64,000 bases of DNA, taken from a virus (lineage: Duplodnaviria; Caudoviricetes). The translations under genes were made by a program, and so were the position numbers. The stretch is taken from the IMG/VR virus record IMGVR_UViG_3300034065_000151, positions 1 to 64,000 of that record. The stretch is one strand, 5' to 3'. Shown here in pieces: positions 47,922 to 56,585 of the stretch. The notes beneath the pieces are model-generated. The model saw nothing but the letters and a program-made list of their open reading frames with translations. It searched no databases and had not been told where the DNA came from. Every line of letters starts with the position of its first letter. The stretch's first letter is position 1.

Positions 47922-48577
47922 AATAGTTCCAATACTCTTTCAGTAAATTTATCTGGTAGACGGCTATCATATCTCAATGCATAATAGCTATCACAGTGTA
48001 TCATTATTTCATGACGAGATACAATAGCTTTAGCTAATTCATTGCTTTTATATGGATTAACTTTTCTAAGGTACTCACCAATGTCATCAACATAATCATC
48101 ACTTTCTCTAGCAATATCTTTACCTAATACATCACACATATCAGGAATACCATCAGCTTTAGGTTGAGCAAAATATGAATAAGCATCTTCAATTTTAGGT
48201 GACCAAATAAATTTGAAATTACCAATAGGAAATACTAAAAATGCATGACCATAGTTCTCAGCAATTTTTTCACTGCCGGTGACAAAAAAGGCTTCTGATC
48301 TATATTCAACCCCAAACTTTTCATCAAAGTACTTATTGAGTTCATTATGAATATAGCGATTAGTATCAACCGGATCACGTTGCATCCAACGTGTTTGTTT
48401 TGAAAATATAGGAAGGTCTACATAATCACCAACTCCACGGAATAATGATGTATCATTAAGTTCTCGTGGATCAAAACCACTCTGTGCCAAAAATGAATGA
48501 CAGTGCTCAATTATTAATTCAGCAGCTACTTCTGGTGTTTGAGTTTCTTCATTTAAGAATTGGCGGAAGGTAATCAT
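47918..48577 (-). CDS. family B paralog
   Basis: MITFRQFLNE; LFRG..FVTGS..YG..FPIG..HEIMIHC. Confidence 0.6.
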   Translation of the reverse strand: MITFRQFLNEETQTPEVAAELIIEHCHSFLAQSGFDPRELNDTSLFRGVGDYVDLPIFSKQTRWMQRDPVDTNRYIHNELNKYFDEKFGVEYRSEAFFVTGSEKIAENYGHAFLVFPIGNFKFIWSPKIEDAYSYFAQPKADGIPDMCDVLGKDIARESDDYVDDIGEYLRKVNPYKSNELAKAIVSRHEIMIHCDSYYALRYDSRLPDKFTERVLELL

Positions 48578-49266
48578 AATAAGTCTAATACCTCTTTGGT
48601 AAAATCTATTTTTGCACGGTTACTCTTACCATAATATAAAGTATAGTAGTTTTCACAATGAATCATAATTTCAGAATCATGATCAATTGCTTTAGATAAA
48701 TTGGTATCTTTATAAGGATGTGTTTTTTCTAAATACTGTTTAATAGCTTTACAATAATTTCTGTTATTTGAATCTTCATCATGATCAATATATTCAATCT
48801 TATGACCAAATATTTCATGATAGTCATTCATAAATTCACGATTTTCAGCATCAAAGAATAGATAAGCATCCCTAATCTGTTCTGACCAAATATATTGATA
48901 ATTACCAATTGGGAATATTATATAAGCACACCCATAATCCCTGGCTAATGAACAGGAACTAGTAGCAAAGAATGCATTACTACGATAGTTAATTCCAAAT
49001 TGTTCCATAAAATATTCATTTAATGTTTCATGTTGAAGTTTACTTGTATCTTTTGGTTGACGATTCATTTCAACACGGTTTTTGTGGAATGCTGGAAGTT
49101 CTGCTTTGATCCCACGATATAATTCATGTTGTGGACCAAAACCTTTAAATCTACTTTCTTCAAGAAACTTGGCGCAGTCTTTTTTAATTTTTTCGGCTGC
49201 TTGCTCTGGTGTAAAGTCACCTAGTTCATTATCACCTTCATTTAGAAACTGTTTAAATGTAATCAT
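48574..49266 (-). CDS. family B paralog
   Basis: MITFKQFLNE; LYRG..FATSS..YG..FPIG..SEIMIHC. Confidence 0.6.
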   Translation of the reverse strand: MITFKQFLNEGDNELGDFTPEQAAEKIKKDCAKFLEESRFKGFGPQHELYRGIKAELPAFHKNRVEMNRQPKDTSKLQHETLNEYFMEQFGINYRSNAFFATSSCSLARDYGCAYIIFPIGNYQYIWSEQIRDAYLFFDAENREFMNDYHEIFGHKIEYIDHDEDSNNRNYCKAIKQYLEKTHPYKDTNLSKAIDHDSEIMIHCENYYTLYYGKSNRAKIDFTKEVLDLL

Positions 49267-49907
49267 ACAGTCTCCATAAATGGTTTTACTAGTTCATTAT
49301 AAACAGAACCATTAAGATCAAAAATATAATATTCACCACACTTAAACATAATTTCATTTCCTGCACGCAGGCATTCTTTAATATCAGTATTATGATACCA
49401 TCTAAAGTGTTTTAATTTAGCTAACATTCTGTCCCAAGCAGATTCCATTCTTTTATCACCACTTGGATCATTTTTATTATCTATTGGGGTAGCATCTTTA
49501 GTATCCCAAAAAAAGCTTGTCATATCTTTAGATTCTTTATTAATACCACTTATCCATTCAAATTTTCCAATGGGAAATATTGCATATACTTTACCATATA
49601 CAGTTGCTACAGCATTATGTCCACTGGCAAATATCCAATTACGGATTGGCTCACCAAATTTTTCAGTAAAGAATTCATTTAGTTTTTTATGGATATAATC
49701 AGGAGTGCTCATTGGTGACCAACGGGCTTCCCATTTATTGATAGCCCAATTCTTAGTACCTTTGAAAGAAGCACCACGGTACATTACTAAATTACCTTGG
49801 GAACCCTTAAGTTCACCAAGGTAAAAAGCACAATCCTTTTTAAATTTATCTAAGTCAAAGTCATCAAAGGCTTTATCTTCAGATAAGAACTGTTTGAAAG
49901 AAATCAT
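49263..49907 (-). CDS. family B paralog
   Basis: MISFKQFLSE; MYRG..FASG..YG..FPIG..NEIMFKC. Confidence 0.6.
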   Translation of the reverse strand: MISFKQFLSEDKAFDDFDLDKFKKDCAFYLGELKGSQGNLVMYRGASFKGTKNWAINKWEARWSPMSTPDYIHKKLNEFFTEKFGEPIRNWIFASGHNAVATVYGKVYAIFPIGKFEWISGINKESKDMTSFFWDTKDATPIDNKNDPSGDKRMESAWDRMLAKLKHFRWYHNTDIKECLRAGNEIMFKCGEYYIFDLNGSVYNELVKPFMETV

Positions 49908-50611
49908 TCTTCGCCAAAGGAACCTATATGTTGATTCTTAAGACGAGTAATACCATTTCTTAAGTTGATTAGGAATTGTTCGATATCACCAATAGTTTGG
50001 GTCATATCTTTCCACTGAGTTTCAAATTCAGGAGTCCATGTCTTAGCTGACATCATCAAGTTACGACGATAACTAGTTACTTTATTTTTATTGTTTGGAT
50101 CTACTCTATTAAGTTCACTAACTAAATTATTATTTTCTTCTTCAAGTTTGTCAACCAAAGCAACAAGTTTTTCATCATTGACTTTAACTTTTTTTAACCA
50201 ATAGGTTAAAAGACCATGTGCATCTTGATGTTTAGCAACATCGATAACAGTATTCAAACCTTCAATCATTTTGTCTAAACGGAATTCTTTACGATCGACA
50301 CGTGGTAAGTACTTAGCCAAGATTGGTTTGATAAAGGATTCAAGATAGTCTTCAAGAGCTTTTTCATTTTCCTTACGATCACCCCATTTACCACTTAAGC
50401 CTTTAATAGCCAAAGCTTTAGGGAAATCACCATCATTGTAATAACGATAATAAGCACGGAAGATAGTATCTTTCTTTGCTTTTTCACCAGCCGTTAAAAT
50501 ACCCTTATCATACATCCATGACATAAGAGCATCAACCTTTTTAAGGCGACCTTCCCAAGCACGACCGGCAGAGGAGGCTTCATTTATTTGGTGCAATTCT
50601 TTAAGTAACAT
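49904..50611 (-). CDS. helical hypothetical protein with variant leader
   Basis: MLLKELHQINE; YYRYYNDGD.P. Confidence 0.6.
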   Translation of the reverse strand: MLLKELHQINEASSAGRAWEGRLKKVDALMSWMYDKGILTAGEKAKKDTIFRAYYRYYNDGDFPKALAIKGLSGKWGDRKENEKALEDYLESFIKPILAKYLPRVDRKEFRLDKMIEGLNTVIDVAKHQDAHGLLTYWLKKVKVNDEKLVALVDKLEEENNNLVSELNRVDPNNKNKVTSYRRNLMMSAKTWTPEFETQWKDMTQTIGDIEQFLINLRNGITRLKNQHIGSFGEE

Positions 50612-50698
50612 TTTGGTTTCCTTGTGTTAATTTACTTCTATGTGTAAGGTATTCATTATAATCTAATACCCAGTCTTTTATTCATTTATTTAAGCTTT

Positions 50699-51058
50699 TT
50701 ACTTGTTTCTGTCCATAAATTCTTTGTATTTCTTTTTATACCATTCATGGGTATCCATATTCCCCCTTTTACCATAATCCATCAATAGTTCAATATATTG
50801 ATCAGTGGCATGTTCATCCTTTGAAATAGCCTTCTCTCCTTTGGGAAAGGGACCATCAAGAACTGTTTGTGCATATAAAAGAGCAACCTCTGCATCTTTA
50901 GCAAGTATATTTTCATGTTTCTTTAATGCAGCAGGATCATTATGGTATTTTTGCCATACCAATCTTGGTACTGTTTCATGTGCTTTATCATATCCATGCA
51001 CAGACTCTGGCTTATCATGAAATTTATAAAGGCTTGAATATAGATTATTACTTGTCAT
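50699..51058 (-). CDS. helical-repeat protein (short paralog)
   Basis: Shares H..PES.HGY.KA..TVP..VW.KY with the next gene; one repeat unit. Confidence 0.65.
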   Translation of the reverse strand: MTSNNLYSSLYKFHDKPESVHGYDKAHETVPRLVWQKYHNDPAALKKHENILAKDAEVALLYAQTVLDGPFPKGEKAISKDEHATDQYIELLMDYGKRGNMDTHEWYKKKYKEFMDRNK

Positions 51059-51570
51059 GTGTCTTCTTCTTCTTTATCTTTTAAAAATTCTTTATATCTA
51101 GCTTTGTATATTGAACTACTATAAATTGCTTTTTCACCAGGTTCCCATGAACCACCAACCACATCTCGGGCATACAAATATGAACACTGGGCAGACTTTG
51201 CAATAGCTGCTTCACCAGCTGGAAACTCACCATCCAATACATCAATAGCATATTCTAATGCATGTGATGCACTTTTGGCAATAGCCGGTTCACCTTCTTT
51301 AAATCTTCCATGAACTACTTGCATTGCATATAAAGTAGAATATTCCGGATTGGTTGCAATTGCTTCTTCTCCTGCCGGGAATTCCTGACCAATTTCTTTA
51401 CGAGCATATTCATAAGCTAACTTTGGACTCTTAGCTATGACATGTTCATATTTTTTTAATTCTCTCGGATTGTTTTTATACTTATCCCATACTACTTGTG
51501 GAACTGTGGTTTGAGCTTTCTTGTAACCATGAATAGATTCAGGATCATTGTGGTGAGCATATAAGTTCAT
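51055..51570 (-). CDS. helical-repeat protein (4 x 26 aa)
   Basis: YA....G.F..GE.AIA repeats. Confidence 0.7.
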   Translation of the reverse strand: MNLYAHHNDPESIHGYKKAQTTVPQVVWDKYKNNPRELKKYEHVIAKSPKLAYEYARKEIGQEFPAGEEAIATNPEYSTLYAMQVVHGRFKEGEPAIAKSASHALEYAIDVLDGEFPAGEAAIAKSAQCSYLYARDVVGGSWEPGEKAIYSSSIYKARYKEFLKDKEEEDT

Positions 51571-51965
51571 ATTTCAGATTCTATTTCTTTTGATAAGGAA
51601 ATTAATTTGTTTAACTTAGCACCAGTACAATTTTGTGCACTAACTTCAACTGGTAACCATTTTTTCTTAGTCTGTTTTGCTGCAGCTGTTCTATGATGAC
51701 CATCAGTTAATGTAACTTTAGCAGTATTATTTTTATTAGCTTTATCATAATGATACGCAGTTACTTCAACTGGTTTATCATACTTCATATTCTTGGCAAC
51801 CTCATCTGATACTGACATTACTTCAGGTCTAAAATCCATTTCCGTCCGTTCAATAGCAGATACTGGAAGATACTTAATCTCAGAAATTATCCCACGATAA
51901 CCCTTATCATCTTCATAAGGGCCATGTAAAATAGCTTCACTAATAAACTGCTTGAATGTTATCAT
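51567..51965 (-). CDS. ParB/Srx-like domain protein with CTS-like leader
   Basis: MITFKQFISE; LTDGHHR.AAA....LPV. Confidence 0.7.
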   Translation of the reverse strand: MITFKQFISEAILHGPYEDDKGYRGIISEIKYLPVSAIERTEMDFRPEVMSVSDEVAKNMKYDKPVEVTAYHYDKANKNNTAKVTLTDGHHRTAAAKQTKKKWLPVEVSAQNCTGAKLNKLISLSKEIESEI

Positions 51966-52684
51966 GATCTATACCAGGATGATATCTTTTTATCTAAAGC
52001 TTCTTTAGTGAATACATCAGGAACCAAATACTTGGCCTTCTTTTCCTGTAATTCTTCTAATGTTCTTTTACCAACTGGATTACTAATTGGTTCATTATAG
52101 AATCCCTGTACTGCTTTGAAAGCTTTCTGCATAACCGCATCATCTAAACCATCAGTCGTGTTATCAATCTGTTTAAAGAAGTTTACTTTAGCCTTAAGGT
52201 ATTCCGCATTTTCTAAGTTCTTTTTATCAACAGTATGGATGAAGTCTTCATCAACATCTCGACCGGTTCTTGACTTGGCACGGGCAATGGCCGTATCAAT
52301 ATCTGTGTGTACAAATATTACACCGATATCATAACCAATAGATTCAAGGATACCAATACGATTTAAAATGTTGGACACATCATTAGAGGTTCCATCAATA
52401 AATAATGGAAGCATACTATCTAAGTAGTTTAGAAGTGTATTGTTGGTAATACGATGAGCTGAGTCTTTAAACTCATTCCAGTTTTTAGAGGTTGAGGTCT
52501 TCTTATATTTCTTGGCAAGATACTCGGTTGCTCTATCAGTATTGACAACTTTTGGTGATATTGAACCACTAAGCTGTTTAACAGTATAACTCTTACCAGC
52601 TCCTGGTAAACCAATAATAAAGATTGCCTTCATAATCCCCTTATCATTAACAGACTCGGCGATGAATTGTTTAAACGAAATCAT
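51962..52684 (-). CDS. P-loop kinase (zeta-toxin/AAA_33-like) with CTS-like leader
   Basis: MISFKQFIAE; KAIF..G.PGAGKS, VN.D, IDGT, GY....FV.T....A.AR...R..R.V. Confidence 0.75.
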   Translation of the reverse strand: MISFKQFIAESVNDKGIMKAIFIIGLPGAGKSYTVKQLSGSISPKVVNTDRATEYLAKKYKKTSTSKNWNEFKDSAHRITNNTLLNYLDSMLPLFIDGTSNDVSNILNRIGILESIGYDIGVIFVHTDIDTAIARAKSRTGRDVDEDFIHTVDKKNLENAEYLKAKVNFFKQIDNTTDGLDDAVMQKAFKAVQGFYNEPISNPVGKRTLEELQEKKAKYLVPDVFTKEALDKKISSWYRS

Positions 52685-53151
52685 TACTTAAGTACTTTCT
52701 TTTGTTCATCAATAGTAATTGCCCTTAAGACATCTTCACGGGAAGCAACTATAATATTGTTAGTTGTCTTACCCTGATTGGCATAAGGAATGAATGTTTG
52801 ATTAGCACGTTTACGATCGGTCTTTACACGGGAACGACTTGTAGCTGCGGCTAATGCTATATTTAAATAATTAGCTGCAACTTCCGCATTTCTGGCTGCA
52901 TATCTTGGTTCAATCACGTCCATGTAAGCTGTTTGGTTTTGGAAGGCTTCAATAGCCGCATCATAGACTTCATCAATACGATTTTCAATTAAGATATCAT
53001 CAGCATCCTTAACATCAGGTGGTGCTTCAGTATGGGCAACAGGAAGATTTGGAGATGTTTCTGTCATCCCATATTCTTGTTCAATATCGAGCTCACTTTC
53101 GCCTGGGCCCATATTAAAGGCGGCTTCTAAAGGATGTTGGATAGGTTTCAT
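52684..53151 (-). CDS. probable terminase small subunit (gp16-like)
   Basis: Helical core EPR...R..EVA, C-terminal TTNNIIVASREDVL; position upstream of TerL. Confidence 0.6.
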   Translation of the reverse strand: MKPIQHPLEAAFNMGPGESELDIEQEYGMTETSPNLPVAHTEAPPDVKDADDILIENRIDEVYDAAIEAFQNQTAYMDVIEPRYAARNAEVAANYLNIALAAATSRSRVKTDRKRANQTFIPYANQGKTTNNIIVASREDVLRAITIDEQKKVLK

Positions 53152-53594
53152 TGTGTTCCCCTTGTTGTGCGTGTACTATTAGTTGATTTCTTTCTATACA
53201 ATTGCTGTTCAGTTACTACTCTAAACTTTGCACCAATCTTCTTTGCAAAAGCAGATGCTGCAGCCCACTTTGCTGAGTTAGTAATAAGGGAAAGTTTATC
53301 AAAGCGAGTCATTGCTTTTTCAGCAACTGATTGTGCCATTGGTTTTATTTCAACTATTTCGATATCACCATTTGTATATTGTATTAAAAAGTCTGGCCAG
53401 TAATTTTGTACTTTTTTAGTAACTGGGTCCAGGTATTTTATATTTAGTTGTTTTGGTTCTGACATCCACTTTAATACCATGTTTGAGCCATCTAAGGTTG
53501 ACATATACAATAGTTCCCATTTTGATCTGGCAAAAATAGAAGTTGAATCACCTGCATATTTAGCAGGATATTTACACTGGTATTGTACGTGCAT
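53148..53594 (-). CDS. head completion nuclease gp4-like (TnsA-type), copy 2
   Basis: KY.GD..I.ARS.WE, W.SE, Y.PDF, VEIKP, N.AKW.AA. Confidence 0.85.
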   Translation of the reverse strand: MHVQYQCKYPAKYAGDSTSIFARSKWELLYMSTLDGSNMVLKWMSEPKQLNIKYLDPVTKKVQNYWPDFLIQYTNGDIEIVEIKPMAQSVAEKAMTRFDKLSLITNSAKWAAASAFAKKIGAKFRVVTEQQLYRKKSTNSTRTTRGTQ

Positions 53595-54048
53595 TTTTAG
53601 TTTTCTTTATTTTAGGTACTCGTTTAGGACCTTGATGAAATATACTTTTCTCTGTCAAGACATGAAAAATCATGCCATGTTCTTCACAGTATAAAGATGC
53701 AGCTTTCCACTTGGCTTCATTTATAACTAATGCATCTTTTGATCTATCAGATTTTGCAAAGGCAGCATCAGCTTCATGTAATGGTTTTACTTCAACCATT
53801 TCCTTAATAATATTTTTATTGATATCATAATAAGTAACTATGAAATCTGGAAAGTATCTATGTACTTTTAAATCGACTGGGCTAAAATAAGGAATTGAAT
53901 CTTCTTCACTTTCCCAACTTATTACATCAGCACGACTATCAAAGTATTCCATCACTTTAGCTTCCCATAAGGATCTAAAGAATATCTTTTCTGCATCACC
54001 AATATACTTCTCTGGGTTCTTGGGTATAAATCTGCCATGAATTGCCAT
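53572..54048 (-). CDS. head completion nuclease gp4-like, copy 1
   Basis: GRF.PKNP.KY.GD..RS.WE, HRYFPDF, EVKP, NEAKWKAA. Confidence 0.88.
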   Translation of the reverse strand: MAIHGRFIPKNPEKYIGDAEKIFFRSLWEAKVMEYFDSRADVISWESEEDSIPYFSPVDLKVHRYFPDFIVTYYDINKNIIKEMVEVKPLHEADAAFAKSDRSKDALVINEAKWKAASLYCEEHGMIFHVLTEKSIFHQGPKRVPKIKKTKNARTIPV

Positions 54049-54050
54049 TA

Positions 54051-55343
54051 TTAATTACCTGTACTTATAAGAACTTCATTAGAACCTGTTTGTGTACTTA
54101 AATTGGCTTGTGAAGTTGTTGCACTATTATCAGAAAGAATTGGTACTGTTGGTAATGATATTGTTGAAGCAATACCCACAGTATTACTGGCTAATGTTCT
54201 GGCGGCATTTGTACCAAGAGGTCCTAATATTGCACTAGTACTTCTACCACCACCAGCTGACTTTGATAGTAATGCATTTGTTACCAAAGCAGAAGCAGCA
54301 GATGATATTGTGTTAGTTGCAAGGGATGCAAGAGAATTGAAGAATGGGTTACCATAACCACCACCACCAGCTTTTGTATTACTACGGTACTGGGAGAAGT
54401 TTGATGGACTACCGGTAAGCATATCCTGTGTGGCCATCAAACCAATTGATGGTTTATCTAATTGATCTGCTTGTTGACCGGTTACAATATAAAGGGAATC
54501 ATAATCAAATCCGACATTAACAAAACTTGCTTCAGATCCTTTTTCATGATCTAAATCTTCAATGTTGAAATGGGTAAGACGTGGATTTGTAAATTCATAA
54601 GTATTAACTTTGATAGCATCACGAGCACTTCCACCCAAGGTACCATCACGAGTAAGATAGTATTGTTCAATTACCATATTGCGCATTACATCAATTGTAT
54701 TATTACCGAGAACATCACGACCTGATGTATCAATACCATCAGCTGATGAGAATCCAAAGCCATGATCACCCATAACTGTACCAGTTGAAAATGGTTGGCG
54801 AGCACTTGGCATTAATAATTGGAGATAAGCATTGATGAAGTTGATAGAACGGTTACCAGTATCATCATAGAATGAGAAGGTAAGTTCTTCATGCTTAATC
54901 ATTTTTAAAACTTTAGTACGGAAGTTATACATATTAACTTCTTCATAGTCAAATGTATATTTCGGAAGATCAATATGTTTTACAAGATAAGTTAAGTCAC
55001 CATTGATATAACCAAGCATATTAATCCCAGACATAGAAGCTGCCTGATTAATAACATCTGGATCAAGGTTGAATGTAACTTTGAAAAGAAATTTAGTTTT
55101 AGGATCAAATCCACCTTTACCAGAAGCAAGAGCTGCTGCATAAGGGGTTGGTTGCCAAGATGATGGATGGGAATTTCTAATATCTTGTTTGGCTGTATCA
55201 ACATTGTAGGTGATACCAGTTCCAAACACACCACGTAATACATCAGTGGCTTGATTTTGTACGGCTGCGCCAAAGGTATTAACCGCTGTGTGTTCCAGCT
55301 GAATACCCATTTGACCAACAATATTGGAAACATCAGTTGCCAT
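54051..55343 (-). CDS. tail tube-like baseplate/tube initiator protein (gp48/gp54-like)
   Basis: PK.KFLF.V.F, IDLPK..F.....N.YN, F.FYDD, F.YD; next to tail tube gene. Confidence 0.6.
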   Translation of the reverse strand: MATDVSNIVGQMGIQLEHTAVNTFGAAVQNQATDVLRGVFGTGITYNVDTAKQDIRNSHPSSWQPTPYAAALASGKGGFDPKTKFLFKVTFNLDPDVINQAASMSGINMLGYINGDLTYLVKHIDLPKYTFDYEEVNMYNFRTKVLKMIKHEELTFSFYDDTGNRSINFINAYLQLLMPSARQPFSTGTVMGDHGFGFSSADGIDTSGRDVLGNNTIDVMRNMVIEQYYLTRDGTLGGSARDAIKVNTYEFTNPRLTHFNIEDLDHEKGSEASFVNVGFDYDSLYIVTGQQADQLDKPSIGLMATQDMLTGSPSNFSQYRSNTKAGGGGYGNPFFNSLASLATNTISSAASALVTNALLSKSAGGGRSTSAILGPLGTNAARTLASNTVGIASTISLPTVPILSDNSATTSQANLSTQTGSNEVLISTGN

Positions 55344-55370
55344 TTTTTTTCCTAAGAGAACTATACTATT

Positions 55371-55378
55371 TATTTATA
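55371..55378 (-). promoter_or_regulatory. T4-type late promoter TATAAATA
   Basis: Exact consensus. Confidence 0.7.
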
Positions 55379-55395
55379 AAATAACCATATATGAA

Positions 55396-55417
55396 AAAAG
55401 GCACCTAAGTGCCTTTT
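55396..55417. terminator. intrinsic terminator
   Basis: AAAAGGCAC-CTAA-GTGCCTTTT. Confidence 0.75.
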
Positions 55418-55438
55418 AGTATTACTTTATTATGTTGT

Positions 55439-55855
55439 TTAAGCAACAATTGCTGGAGCAGCTGCAACAGTAATTGAAACATCGCCTGATTCATTATGTG
55501 CTGTAACAATAGCACTGATGATATTACCTACATCGGTAGATTGGCAAAGGTATTCAGAAGCTGTTTGATCTGGGATGACACCAGTTGCTGAGCTTGACCA
55601 TGCATAAGTAAAGGTTGGAGCTGGAACACCAGTCCATGTACCATTACTAATAAACAATGGCATACCAACTTTAGCAGTACCTGTCATTCCAGGAGGAACT
55701 GTATTTACCGGGGCTGAACCAGGAGGAGTAACTGCTGGAGCACCATGGGCCCAATCAACTTTCCAGTCAGCTTTCGCATCTTCTTTCCAGTCAAGTTTAA
55801 AATCTTGCTTAACACCAGTAAGGCTTGTGTATAAGTTAGCAATGTTATTAGTCAT
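55439..55855 (-). CDS. Ig-like domain virion protein
   Basis: APVNT.PP...G.....GTWTG.P.PTFTY.W..Y....DVG..I...VTA.N. Confidence 0.7.
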   Translation of the reverse strand: MTNNIANLYTSLTGVKQDFKLDWKEDAKADWKVDWAHGAPAVTPPGSAPVNTVPPGMTGTAKVGMPLFISNGTWTGVPAPTFTYAWSSSATGVIPDQTASEYLCQSTDVGNIISAIVTAHNESGDVSITVAAAPAIVA

Positions 55856-55867
55856 GTAATTCCCCTA

Positions 55868-56461
55868 TTAAGAAAGGTTACCAGCAAGAGCAGTACCATA
55901 GCCTTGACCAGTTAATGTTTGTGAAGCCATATCGAAACGGATTGATAAATCAATAGTAACCGCTTCATTAGAATCATAGGACAATTCACCAAAGTTAGAT
56001 GAAGTAATCCAGCAACCTTCAATATTCCATTGTTCAACAATACCTTCATTACCATCTAGTTGTTGAAGAATCATACCGAATTTGTAATCGGAACCAGTTG
56101 CAGCAGTATTCAAGAATTGACCAGGAAGATCAGCACCAATCAAACGTTGTTGAGTTTGCAATTGACCTTGGATAGCAGATGATGCCAAACCAGTCATATC
56201 ATCTTCAACAGTTAATGTCAAAGGATCGAATACATATTTACCAGCAACATATGCTGTTGAGTTATAGCGATGAATAGCGATTTCATCAAATTTGATATTT
56301 GGACGAGTTACGTGTGTTAACTGTCTTGTAAGATCGCGAGAAGAACTACCAGGCACTAAGGAAGCTAAACCCGAGAAAATTACCTGCCAACGATATTTCT
56401 GCTTTGGTTGCAAAATACCAAATCCCGCAGCAGGAACTCCCATTTGGGATAGAGTAGCCAT
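55868..56461 (-). CDS. tail tube protein (gp19-like)
   Basis: QPK..YRW.V.F, RPN..F, Y.AGK, WNIEGCW, L.Y, IRFD; follows the sheath gene. Confidence 0.85.
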   Translation of the reverse strand: MATLSQMGVPAAGFGILQPKQKYRWQVIFSGLASLVPGSSSRDLTRQLTHVTRPNIKFDEIAIHRYNSTAYVAGKYVFDPLTLTVEDDMTGLASSAIQGQLQTQQRLIGADLPGQFLNTAATGSDYKFGMILQQLDGNEGIVEQWNIEGCWITSSNFGELSYDSNEAVTIDLSIRFDMASQTLTGQGYGTALAGNLS

Positions 56462-56519
56462 AATTAAATCTCCTTGTTTTTAATATATTAGTAATATATT
56501 ATTGTTTAATACGTGTACT

Positions 56520-56527
56520 TATTTATA
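56520..56527 (-). promoter_or_regulatory. T4-type late promoter TATAAATA
   Basis: Exact consensus upstream of the tube gene. Confidence 0.7.
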
Positions 56528-56555
56528 TAAATTTACACAAAATTTTGAGTTTTTT

Positions 56556-56584
56556 AAAAGGCCAAGATCAAACTTGGCCCTTTT
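56556..56584 (-). terminator. intrinsic terminator after the sheath gene
   Basis: GGCCAAG/CTTGGCC stem flanked by A/T runs. Confidence 0.65.
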
Positions 56585-56585
56585 C

